A stretch of DNA of 64,000 nt, from contig CAYSAW010000006.1 in NCBI GenBank assembly GCA_964429225.1, positions 89,559 to 153,558 on the forward strand, in the 5' to 3' direction. The position numbers were made by a program, and so were the translations under genes. This document shows, piece by piece, positions 11,201 to 18,957 of the stretch. A model generated the notes under the pieces. That model saw nothing but the letters and a program-made list of their open reading frames with translations, was not told the origin of the DNA and searched no databases. How positions within the stretch are numbered: position 1 is the first letter of the stretch; the number at the start of each line of letters is the position of its first letter. Origin of the DNA: an uncultured bacterium. GTDB taxonomy: Bacteria; Armatimonadota; DTGP01; CAYSAW01.

Positions 11201-12967
11201 ATAGCGGCTGCGGCCTTCTCTTTAGGGATTTCCAATATGCGGCGAAGGAAGGCCCGGACGATTCTCACTTGCATAACGCTCATTTTACTTACTTTCACCG
11301 TGCTGTCCTTCACCTCAGTAGTACCTACGGTGCGCTTCAATAAGGTTCCCGCGCCGGGAAGCCCTTACTATTTTGGGATTATGCTGAGGACTCCGGAGTG
11401 GGGTACCTTGGAGGAGTCTGCCTACCGGATCTTGCGGGATGAGTTTTCCCGAACTCGGCCAGTGTCTGCTCGAGCTTGGTTCTTTGGCACCCAGTTGGGT
11501 GAACAGAGCTTTATTACTCTGAAACGGGGAGATAAGCGCTATGATGTCAAGGCAGTGGTCGGTTTAACCCCGGAGGAGGAGCGTATCCTCGAGCCAGGAA
11601 AGCGATCCTTAATCGCTGGCCGTTGGTTCCTCCCCGGAGACCGGAACGTGGTCATCCTTCCTAAACCGGTTGCGGATAGCTTAAACGTTACCCCGGAGCA
11701 GGTGGGGATTGCCAAAATTTCCTTCACGGGCCAAGATTATACCGTAATCGGCATTGTGGATAAAGATAAATTTAAAGAGGTGAAAGACCTCGACACCGAA
11801 CCCTTGACTCCGGTGGACTTTATTCAAATGAACCGGCTTCAGTCTCAGGGGAGAACTTCGGGAGCGGCAGAGGAGGGCTTTCGGGAGTATATCCACCTAG
11901 AACCAGAAGCGTGTGCTTTTATCCCCTTCCAAACTGCTCTTAATATGGGGGCGGAAATTCGCTCCATTGCGGTGAATATGGTGACGCCGGAAGAGGTGAG
12001 GAAAACCCTGGGGAACTTAATGTTCCGTCTGGGGCTGAACCTCTACGGCGGAGAACAGGTGAAAGTAGGGAATCGGGTGGAGAATCGCACCTATCGCTTC
12101 TCCACCATTGGAGCCACGGCAGCAAAGGGAGGCGGGGATGTTTTCATTCCTATCCTTATCGCTGCGCTCATTGTTCTTAACACAATGCTGGGATCGGTTT
12201 ATGAGCGGGTTAAGGAGATTGGAATTTACAGCTCGATTGGCCTGGCTCCCAATCACATAGCAGCCCTTTTCATCGGAGAGGCGATGGTCTATGCGGTTCT
12301 AGGGGCGGTGGCCGGTTATCTCACCGGGCAGATAGCGGCGAAAATCGTAACCCTCATTCCCGGTATGGGAGCGTTGTATCTGAACTTCTCCAGCCTCTCC
12401 GCAGTACTCACCACCCTTGTTGTAGTGGGGGTAGTCCTTTTATCTACCCTCTATCCAGCCCGTAAAGCCTCAGAAGTAGCTACCCCGGCGATCGAACGCA
12501 CCTGGAAAGTTCCTGAGCCAGAGGGAGATGAATGGCACATCACAATGCCCTTTGCAGTTACAGGTATCCAAGCGGTTGGACTCAATTCTTTCCTCAGAGA
12601 ATGGTTTGAAGCCTATGAGGAGTACAGCATTGGTGACTTTGTGACCCAGGATGTTTCGGCCCAGGAAGTGATGTATGAGAAGGGGAAAGGATACCAGATC
12701 CGCCTTAAAGCTTGGTTGGCCCCCTTCGACTTGGGAGTAAGTCAAACTTGCTTGTTAGAGACGATTCCCACCGAGATGGAAGATGTCTATGAGCTGAAGC
12801 TGACCATTCACCGAGAAAGTGGCGATGTTTCTAACTGGAAGCGTATCAACCGTCGCTTCCTTAATACCTTGCGCAAGCAATTCTTGATTTGGAGAACCCT
12901 CCGTCAGGAAGAGCGGGAGAGATATTTGGTTCAAACCTCTGGAGAGGCTCAACCGGTATCCTCCTAA
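8279..12967 (+). CDS. Giant 1562-aa fusion: signal peptide + PA-domain/M28-like peptidase domain + polytopic membrane region + FtsX/MacB-type permease domain
   Basis: Signal peptide MKAGKAWLLVAFILGFGLLPSEGFG. The N-terminal PA domain plus an M28-like region (YYDSMSVVPRLAPGAESASGVSALLELARLF; FLVTSGHHLGLAGIRNW) place it in the M28 family. Three TM helices lie near residue 880-950, followed by an FtsX-like module. That module has TM1 (RRRKARTILTCITLILLTFTVLSF), an extracytoplasmic domain of about 400 aa, and TM2-4 (IAALIVLNTMLGSVYERVKEIGIYSSIGLAPNHIAALFIGEAMVYAVLGAVAGYL). A C-terminal tail of about 180 aa follows. Confidence 0.75.
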   Translation: MKAGKAWLLVAFILGFGLLPSEGFGQSEENKPTPEQARMYRLFWGEVQAGNLLRHLKKLTQASSRVVGYPGADQAADYILSEFRRLGLENVREERYWATVPIDEGASLTIEGAQGKPIPLYALWPNSVRTSQLPPEGLTLPMIYGGNGAIAHLNGKTVEGSAVLMDFNCGSEWLNSARLGARAILFIEPEETSRGEAEAKFLTVPLDMPRFWVPRKYAPALIALCRSAIPPKVTLRCRMPWKRVQARNIFGVIPGTDPELKNQIIILEAYYDSMSVVPRLAPGAESASGVSALLELARLFKKYPPKRTLWFLVTSGHHLGLAGIRNWIEAHWKDLEQNSTRQNFKAWLTRTFPFLFHFKTREPWPIYLLIGLDLSTQTKGVGIFYKGWYYDFREDLQSKYSDIARVHRENAEKVAQVLNLNIGERFADGVNPISGKSWRNFIPAKPAFDAEAYAMAGGKGVTFASIDDGRMLVDTPLDQLSRINIANLTEQTKLIACLTWHDTYDPNGIGITQGTHFPIVEPSPLGRLRLQGGFAKIVGQVMEFDPRISIVPSKPILGSIAVLKKWNKSYMGVRGYQFELVDDQARFQFIGAPPLTAYGGGVQTQIAAYKVDDRTGELIYAPDLGVTGGKENYQTTFPITTGLKETGVVVFRCNTTALYDFVDPQTLRSLPTISVLDSVSNGEPRMYGFDKTVPERLVSHIEDVALIYAQKGNRALGIEPTRVKILGSAGPGAIRMVLLNMAARLPNGQILRADQLQYFQGEIPLDRLQPVDTEGQGYELKGGTLYNTPLLAAWDMYVLNDARIKKLARHRIINPAIDDLHNRGRRELQAALVAFRNRQWDEFDSRARAAWGYESRAYPDVRRTMNDVVKGVIFYLFLLLPFSYFFERLVIGSKFLVHQVLWTLTTFIVIFVIFRYVHPAFDITMNPLIVLLAFVMLALSILVIGMISGRFEKELKEFNKQVSGVHRIDIGRMSIAAAAFSLGISNMRRRKARTILTCITLILLTFTVLSFTSVVPTVRFNKVPAPGSPYYFGIMLRTPEWGTLEESAYRILRDEFSRTRPVSARAWFFGTQLGEQSFITLKRGDKRYDVKAVVGLTPEEERILEPGKRSLIAGRWFLPGDRNVVILPKPVADSLNVTPEQVGIAKISFTGQDYTVIGIVDKDKFKEVKDLDTEPLTPVDFIQMNRLQSQGRTSGAAEEGFREYIHLEPEACAFIPFQTALNMGAEIRSIAVNMVTPEEVRKTLGNLMFRLGLNLYGGEQVKVGNRVENRTYRFSTIGATAAKGGGDVFIPILIAALIVLNTMLGSVYERVKEIGIYSSIGLAPNHIAALFIGEAMVYAVLGAVAGYLTGQIAAKIVTLIPGMGALYLNFSSLSAVLTTLVVVGVVLLSTLYPARKASEVATPAIERTWKVPEPEGDEWHITMPFAVTGIQAVGLNSFLREWFEAYEEYSIGDFVTQDVSAQEVMYEKGKGYQIRLKAWLAPFDLGVSQTCLLETIPTEMEDVYELKLTIHRESGDVSNWKRINRRFLNTLRKQFLIWRTLRQEERERYLVQTSGEAQPVSS

Positions 12968-13060
12968 AAGAAGGCATAAGGTATAAAGTATAGGGGAGAA
13001 AGGAAATGGGTTTTCTCCCCTCCTCTTTGTTGTTGAATCTTCTATAAGGAGTAAAACCTG

Positions 13061-13735
13061 ATGCAAATTTGGATGCGTGGCTTTCGTTTCTTTACCCTTT
13101 TCTTTTTGGTTATTGGCCTCGTTAGTAGCGTTGGGTCTGCACCTGGAAAAGCAGCCAAGAAAGGAGCGGGGTTCACCTCTTTAGTGATCCAGGGGAAGTT
13201 AATTAGCAAGCCTAATCAAGGATCGGTTAGGACAGAGAAGTCTTCTCTTTACGTTCAGAACAATCGGTTTCGCTGGGAGGAGGGGCCGATGGTACGGGTT
13301 TTTGATGGGAGCCGGCTCCTCCTTTGGGATACTCGATCTCCCCGAAAAGTGGCTATTGAGTTGACACCTCCTAAAGAATTACTGAACAGCAAGGGGAAAA
13401 CTGCCTCTCAGCTTCTAGCCCAGTTGAATGCCAGTCCTCAGAAGGGGAAGAAGATCGGCACGGGGAAGGTGGCTGGGTATCTTTGTGACATTTACCTGAA
13501 TGAGACCCCCAATGGGAAGCAGAAAGTGTGGCTTGCGAAGGACCTTGGGGTTCCTCTTCCCCTTCGAGTTCAGTTTACCGGGTCTATGGGGAGTATGGAG
13601 CTGGTGGCAGAATCAGTAAAAACCAATATAAAAATTGCGGAGGCCCTCTTTCGGTTGCCCGCGGGTTATTCGGTCACCCGACCTCCTGCTGGCCCACCGG
13701 GAGGCCCGCCCGCGGCTCCTCCTTCGAAGCGTTGA
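13061..13735 (+). CDS. Secreted hypothetical protein, DUF4412-like, with Pro/Gly-rich C-terminal tail
   Basis: Signal peptide (FFTLFFLVIGLVSSVGSA). The central segment KVAGYLCDIYLNETPNGKQKVWLAKDLG resembles the DUF4412 family. The C-terminus is PPAGPPGGPPAAPP. Confidence 0.45.
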   Translation: MQIWMRGFRFFTLFFLVIGLVSSVGSAPGKAAKKGAGFTSLVIQGKLISKPNQGSVRTEKSSLYVQNNRFRWEEGPMVRVFDGSRLLLWDTRSPRKVAIELTPPKELLNSKGKTASQLLAQLNASPQKGKKIGTGKVAGYLCDIYLNETPNGKQKVWLAKDLGVPLPLRVQFTGSMGSMELVAESVKTNIKIAEALFRLPAGYSVTRPPAGPPGGPPAAPPSKR

Positions 13736-13777
13736 TGAGAGGGCAAATTCCTTAAAGGGAGAGGGAGTGGGGGCGTA

Positions 13778-14731
13778 ATGAGTTACGTCCCCACAAGGAG
13801 TTTTTTTATGTTGAACGGAGAGATTCTGGGGGCCTCGCTCAAAACTCGCTCGGCTCTTTTATCCGTTTTTTCTAATGCTTCCCTCACCCTGCTGAAATTG
13901 CTTGTAGGGTTCTCCAGCGGTTCCATTAGTGTTATCTCCGAGGCGATTCACTCAGGCGTAGACCTTTTGGCTTCGGTGATTGCCTATCTATCGGTCCGAG
14001 TCGCTGACCAGCCACCAGATAGAGAGCATCCTTATGGGCATGGGAAAGTTGAGCATATATCCGGTGTTGCAGAAGGTGTGTTGATTTTCCTCGCCGCTGG
14101 GTTAGTCCTTTGGGAAGCGGTAAAGCGACTTATAGGGGGGGTTGTCCCCTTTCAGCCCATTTATGGGATTGCGGTGATGGCCCTCTCTGCAGTGCTCAAC
14201 CTAGGTATCTCTGAGTGGCTTTACCGAGTTGCCGAGGAGACAGAATCCGATGCTTTAGAGGCGGATGCGGGTCACCTTCGAGCTGATGTTTACACTTCTG
14301 CGGGCGTGTTATTAGGTTTGGTGGTGATTCATCTCACAGGTTGGAGGTTTCTGGATCCTCTTATAGCCCTTTTTATCTCCTTTTTTGTCCTACGACTTGC
14401 CTGGACCACGACTACTGGCTCCCTAGGGCACTTATTAGATGCCGGTCTCCCTCAAGAAGAGATAGATACCATTGCTCGGCTGGCTCGGTCACAACCTGGG
14501 GTTATGAGTTTCCATAAGATTCGCACCCGACGTGCTGGCTCTTATCGTTATATTGATCTCCATATCCAGGTACGAAAGGATATAACGGTGGAGGAGGGAC
14601 ACCGGATTGCCCATTCTCTTCAGGACCGAATTCATCAAGTTCTCCCTCGTGCCCACGTCATTATCCATATCGAACCCTTTGAAGATTCGGCGGATCATCT
14701 CGAGCGAAGTTATAAAGCACAAGCTGAGTAA
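13778..14731 (+). CDS. Cation diffusion facilitator (CDF) family metal efflux transporter
   Basis: Six predicted TM helices. Motifs SGSISVISEAIHSGVDLLASVIAYLS and HPYGHGKVEH match CDF transporters, with a CDF C-terminal cytoplasmic domain. Confidence 0.85.
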   Translation: MSYVPTRSFFMLNGEILGASLKTRSALLSVFSNASLTLLKLLVGFSSGSISVISEAIHSGVDLLASVIAYLSVRVADQPPDREHPYGHGKVEHISGVAEGVLIFLAAGLVLWEAVKRLIGGVVPFQPIYGIAVMALSAVLNLGISEWLYRVAEETESDALEADAGHLRADVYTSAGVLLGLVVIHLTGWRFLDPLIALFISFFVLRLAWTTTTGSLGHLLDAGLPQEEIDTIARLARSQPGVMSFHKIRTRRAGSYRYIDLHIQVRKDITVEEGHRIAHSLQDRIHQVLPRAHVIIHIEPFEDSADHLERSYKAQAE

Positions 14732-14745
14732 CTGGAGAGGTAATT

Positions 14746-14773
14746 GGAGGAGGTATTCCTCCCTCCTTTCTCT
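14746..14773 (+). terminator. Putative intrinsic terminator after CDF gene
   Basis: Hairpin GGAGGAGG-tatt-CCTCCCTCC followed by TTTCTCT. Confidence 0.45.
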
Positions 14774-14846
14774 GGAAAAGCCGGTATGAGTGCTTTTTTA
14801 AAGATATGGTTATCTGAAGTTCCCTCTACCTTTAACCTTACGGATT

Positions 14847-14855
14847 TGTTATAAT
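14847..14855 (+). promoter_or_regulatory. Extended -10 promoter element (TGtTATAAT) upstream of hflX
   Basis: TGTTATAAT lies about 80 nt upstream of the hflX start, with TTTAAC upstream as a weak -35. Confidence 0.4.
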
Positions 14856-14937
14856 ATTTTGAAAAGTTGAAAAGGGAAACCATTCTCTATTAACGGGAGG
14901 TGAATTTCTCTTCTTAACCTGAAGAAGTTTCCCCAAT

Positions 14938-16188
14938 ATGGAGCGGAGACAACATCAGGTGGTCAACCAATCGGATCGGGCGATCCTGACCTCGGTCTCA
15001 GAGCACTTAGATTTAGAGGAGCTGCGGCAGCTGGCCCTTTCTGCGGGGGTTGAAGTGGTAGGAGAGTTCTTCCAAAAGAGAGCGGAGCCGAACCCTGTAA
15101 CTTATCTGGGCCAGGGTAAAGCCCAAGAGTTGGGCGCTTTGGTAGAGAAGCTCCAGGCAAACACAGTGATTGCAGATGATGATCTCTCTCCGATTCAACA
15201 GAGAAACTTGGAGGATATTGTCCACGCCCGGGTCATAGATAGGACCCAGCTTATTTTGGACATCTTTGCTCGGCGAGCTCATACCCGAGAGGGGAAGTTA
15301 CAGGTTGAGTTAGCTCAGCTAACTTATCTCTTGCCCCGGTTGAGGGGCGAAGGGGTGGTGATGTCCCGGTTAGGAGGAGGTATTGGAACCCGGGGGCCAG
15401 GAGAGACGAAGCTCGAGAGTGACCGGAAGCGCATTCGTAAGCGGATCCAGGACCTCGAGGAGGAGATTGAGGAGGTCAAGCAACATCGCAATCGGGCTCG
15501 GGAATCCCGTCGCCGATTGCCTTTCCCCTCGGCGGCTTTAGTGGGTTATACCAGCGCTGGGAAGTCCACTCTGTTGAATGCCCTCACCGGTGCCCACGTT
15601 TATACAGACGCGAGACTCTTTGCCACCCTAGACCCGACAACGCGTCGGGTTCTTCTTCCTAGTGGATGGGGAGTTCTGCTGACAGATACCGTAGGTTTTA
15701 TCCAACGCTTGCCTTACCATCTCGTGGCCGCTTTCCGGGCGACCCTTGAAGAAGTTGTTGAGGCAGATCTATTAATTCACGTTGTCGATGTCTCCCACCC
15801 CCATCGAGAAGCTCAGATGGCAGCTGTCAAAGAAGTCCTGGAGGAGTTAGGAGCAGGGCACAAACCCTTGATCACTGCCTACAATAAAGCAGATAAGGTG
15901 GTTGACCAGTACGAGTTGCGCCAGCTGGTTGCTCACCAACCCGATTCCGTTTATATCTCTGCCCTTAAGCGTCAGGGACTCCAAGATTTGCTCCTTTTAG
16001 TGGAAAAGGTTTTGCAGAGGCTATTGGTGCCTCTTCGGCTTCAAATCCCTTACCAGCAGAGTCAGATTCTGGCCCAGTGTCACGAGTGGGGAAGAGTAGA
16101 TCGGGTGGAGTACCAAGCGGATTATGTTCTTGTTGAGGGGAGGTTCACTCGGGAATTTGCCAACCGAGTAAAGCTTTATCAAGTATAG
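14938..16188 (+). CDS. hflX: GTPase HflX
   Basis: G1 motif GYTSAGKSTLLNALTG and DTVGF. The HflX N-terminal domain and coiled-coil linker (IRKRIQDLEEEIEEVKQHR) are present. Confidence 0.9.
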   Translation: MERRQHQVVNQSDRAILTSVSEHLDLEELRQLALSAGVEVVGEFFQKRAEPNPVTYLGQGKAQELGALVEKLQANTVIADDDLSPIQQRNLEDIVHARVIDRTQLILDIFARRAHTREGKLQVELAQLTYLLPRLRGEGVVMSRLGGGIGTRGPGETKLESDRKRIRKRIQDLEEEIEEVKQHRNRARESRRRLPFPSAALVGYTSAGKSTLLNALTGAHVYTDARLFATLDPTTRRVLLPSGWGVLLTDTVGFIQRLPYHLVAAFRATLEEVVEADLLIHVVDVSHPHREAQMAAVKEVLEELGAGHKPLITAYNKADKVVDQYELRQLVAHQPDSVYISALKRQGLQDLLLLVEKVLQRLLVPLRLQIPYQQSQILAQCHEWGRVDRVEYQADYVLVEGRFTREFANRVKLYQV

Positions 16189-16208
16189 GACGAAGGCAGG
16201 AGAAAATG

Positions 16209-16255
16209 CTGTAAGGAAGTGAGGGCACGTTCACCGTGCCCTCACTTCCTTACAG
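16209..16255. repeat. Perfect 21-bp inverted repeat (hairpin, 5-nt loop) immediately downstream of hflX
   Basis: CTGTAAGGAAGTGAGGGCACG-ttcac-CGTGCCCTCACTTCCTTACAG. No U-tract follows on either strand. Confidence 0.6.
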
Positions 16256-16376
16256 GGGCAAGAGAGGAGGATTTTTTCTCCTGGCGTTAAAAAGTCCTTT
16301 TGAGAAAAGAGAGACGGGAGGGAAGAATTATCTTGTTGTTTTTCCTGCGAACTTTACCTTTGAGGAGGGAGTTGAG

Positions 16377-17102
16377 ATGCATCGAAAGAGACTCTGCGGT
16401 TTCACCTTGATCGAGCTTTTAGTGGTGATTGCGATCATCGCTATTCTAGCGGCGATCCTTTTCCCGGTTTTCGCCCGGGCTCGGGAGAAAGCCCGTCAAT
16501 CCGTGTGCCAGCAACATCAGAAACAGTTTGCTGCCGCGTACCTTCAGTACGCTCAAGATTGGGATGAGGTGGTTCCCCCCTGGGTTCGTCCTGCAGATCG
16601 AACCCACCCTCTTGGATGGCATCTGCAGGATTTTCTCCAGCCCTATATTCGCAGTTATGATATGTTTAAGTGCCCTAGTGATGACGGCCGTCGAGTTCTC
16701 CGAGGGCCTACTGGCCCTGTGAATTATAGCTTCTGGCGTAATTCTTACTTGGACCGTTGGTCGGGTTATCTCCCTAATGAACCGATCTCCCTAGGAGAGA
16801 TCCCTCATCCGGGAACTACAGTTTTTATTTGTGATGGCCCGAGTAACGACGGTCAACACACCTGGGGGCTGAATCCTTCTCACCCTTTGCAGAAGCAATG
16901 GCCCGATTTCCGCTTTGGTGATGATCGCCATAATGGAGGCGGTAATTATGCCTTTATGGATGGTCATGTGAAGTGGTATCGTCCTACAGAGATTAAGACC
17001 ACTCGGACCGATGCGGATACAGATACTGAGCCGAAATGGACTTCCCCAGCTCACCCCAAACTCCCTAGAAATGATGGTACTCATCCCTGGTTCCGACCTT
17101 AA
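16377..17102 (+). CDS. Prepilin-type N-terminal cleavage/methylation domain protein, DUF1559 (H-X9-DG) family
   Basis: Start at MHRKRLCGFTLIELLVVIAIIAILAAILFPVFARAREKAR, a class III signal with the type IV pilin-like G/FTLIELLVV motif. The C-terminus carries the H-X9-DG signature NYAFMDGHVKW. An RBS GAGGAGGGAG lies upstream of the ATG at 16377. The ORF track's 16236 start sits inside the upstream hairpin. Confidence 0.8.
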   Translation: MHRKRLCGFTLIELLVVIAIIAILAAILFPVFARAREKARQSVCQQHQKQFAAAYLQYAQDWDEVVPPWVRPADRTHPLGWHLQDFLQPYIRSYDMFKCPSDDGRRVLRGPTGPVNYSFWRNSYLDRWSGYLPNEPISLGEIPHPGTTVFICDGPSNDGQHTWGLNPSHPLQKQWPDFRFGDDRHNGGGNYAFMDGHVKWYRPTEIKTTRTDADTDTEPKWTSPAHPKLPRNDGTHPWFRP

Positions 17103-17147
17103 TTCACTCCTTGAGGTGGGGTTAAAACACCTTGGTTAGGGATAACG

Positions 17148-18827
17148 ATGGCCTCTTCTCTTCGCTCTCTCGATCAAAAGGTATTAGAGCTTTTAAAGGT
17201 TCGCTTGGAGCCGATCTGGGGAGATTATCTCCTTTTTTATCAGTCGGAGGAGGCGAAGCGGTTACGAGCAGAGCAGGAGGTTCGCAAAAACCTCTTTCGT
17301 ACCGCCCTTGCTCCAAGCAACCTCCAGGCCCTCGATCAGGATCAACTGGCGGATATCCTCAAACACTTATTTTCGGCTCGCTATCCTAGCCGAGCCTCTC
17401 GCCTGGCTGTGGAGGGCAACGATCTGGAGGACTTAAAGTGGTCCCTTCACGACTTGCTTTGGGGCCAGGATGATCTTCCTTTGCGCTTTGATTCCGCTCG
17501 GCGGTCTATTCGGGGCTTGGGTACCGCTTCTCTCACTGAGATTCTTTACTGGGTTCACACTGACCAGTGCTTCCTCTGTAACCGCTGGGTGGAATCGGCT
17601 TTCCATTCTCTTGGGTTATGGCCCTCTTCAGCGCACTTGGAGCATCTTTCGGGCCTTCAATATGTTCAGATTTGTGAAGGCGCTCGATACCTTATGGCTT
17701 TACTCCCTTCCTCTACCCGAGAAGCGGGAGATTTTACTGATGTGGATTGCTTGGTAGCCTTCCTCCACTATCGTAAATCCCAAGAGCAGCCGGAATTACC
17801 CCAGTTAAAGGTGGTCACCCCGGAGGTTACGCCACTCTCCTTCTCCGCTTCAGAGAGGAAGACAAACCTCTCTTCAGAGGTTCTCCAAGAGCCTCAGGCC
17901 GGCCTGTCGGAACCAGGGGTGGGGCGGGTGGCGGAAGCCCCTCCACCAGAGTGGTCCCGTCAATCAGCCTTAGAGCAGCTCTCCCGAGAGACTTATCTCC
18001 CCCAAAGGTTTCTGGCAACAATAGAACGCTTGATTAGAAGTAAGGGACAGTTGATTTTCAAAGGGCCTCCAGGGACCGGAAAAACTTTTCTCGCTCGAAA
18101 AGTGGCCCAGTATCTGGCAGGCCCCGGGGGATTAGTTACAGTGGTTCAGTTCCATCCCTCCTACACTTATGAGGACTTTATTGAAGGCATCCGACCTCAG
18201 TCCATCTTGGTTCAAGGTCAATATGAAGTGACCTATCCAGTTCAGGAGGGGGTCTTTTTACAATTTTGTCGTTTGGCCTCCCAACGGCCCGACACCTGCG
18301 TGTTGGTGGTAGATGAGATCAATCGAGGAGACCTTCCTCGCATCTTCGGGGAGCTTTTGTACAGCCTGGAGTACCGAGGGGAACCCGTTCTCCTCCCTTA
18401 CTCTCACCGATCCTTTATTCTCCCTTCTAATGTGTTAATTTTAGGGACGATGAATACCGCCGACCGGAGTGCTGGGAGCCTGGATTTGGCTTTACAAAGG
18501 CGCTTTGCCTTTGTTGAGCTGCGACCCGACGTCAACGTGTTGAAGCGATGGTTAAAGGCGAATCCAGTGAAGATTCCCAATTTGCTGGAATATTTCCATT
18601 TGAGTCAAGAGGCCGTGCCTCGGCCTGAAGCTCGTCCCGGCCACGGCTTCTTTATGGTTCCTGGTCTTGATGAGAAGGGGATGGAACTTCTTTGGCGCCA
18701 TACTATTTACCCTTATCTTGTCTCTTGTCTTTGGGATCAACCCCATCGTGCTGAGGAGTTTCGCTGGGAGAGAATTCAGAAGCGGATAGGGCCTCTTGAG
18801 AAACCTTCAGAGAAGGCTAAGGGGTGA
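17148..18827 (+). CDS. McrB-like AAA+ GTPase (type IV restriction system specificity/motor subunit) with uncharacterised 300-aa N-terminal domain
   Basis: Walker A FKGPPGTGKTF. McrB signature segments VLVVDEINRGDLPRIFGELLYSLEYRG, GTMNTADRS and LALQRRFAFVEL are present. The N-terminal 300 aa has no recognisable DNA-binding fold from sequence alone. Confidence 0.8.
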   Translation: MASSLRSLDQKVLELLKVRLEPIWGDYLLFYQSEEAKRLRAEQEVRKNLFRTALAPSNLQALDQDQLADILKHLFSARYPSRASRLAVEGNDLEDLKWSLHDLLWGQDDLPLRFDSARRSIRGLGTASLTEILYWVHTDQCFLCNRWVESAFHSLGLWPSSAHLEHLSGLQYVQICEGARYLMALLPSSTREAGDFTDVDCLVAFLHYRKSQEQPELPQLKVVTPEVTPLSFSASERKTNLSSEVLQEPQAGLSEPGVGRVAEAPPPEWSRQSALEQLSRETYLPQRFLATIERLIRSKGQLIFKGPPGTGKTFLARKVAQYLAGPGGLVTVVQFHPSYTYEDFIEGIRPQSILVQGQYEVTYPVQEGVFLQFCRLASQRPDTCVLVVDEINRGDLPRIFGELLYSLEYRGEPVLLPYSHRSFILPSNVLILGTMNTADRSAGSLDLALQRRFAFVELRPDVNVLKRWLKANPVKIPNLLEYFHLSQEAVPRPEARPGHGFFMVPGLDEKGMELLWRHTIYPYLVSCLWDQPHRAEEFRWERIQKRIGPLEKPSEKAKG

Positions 18828-18957
18828 GTATCTTTCATCAGATAGGGGCGAAAGTCAGAGCAATGGGGTAGCGATAGGCTTAAGCCTGAGCAAAAGAGGA
18901 GTGTTAGAGTGAACCCTTACCCTTTTGGGAGGGACTTTTAGCTGGAGGTAGCCTCGG

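Noticed and set aside
17132-17389. 85-aa alternative-frame ORF at the McrB-like gene start
   Set aside because: It is out of frame with the well-supported McrB-like ORF that begins at 17148.
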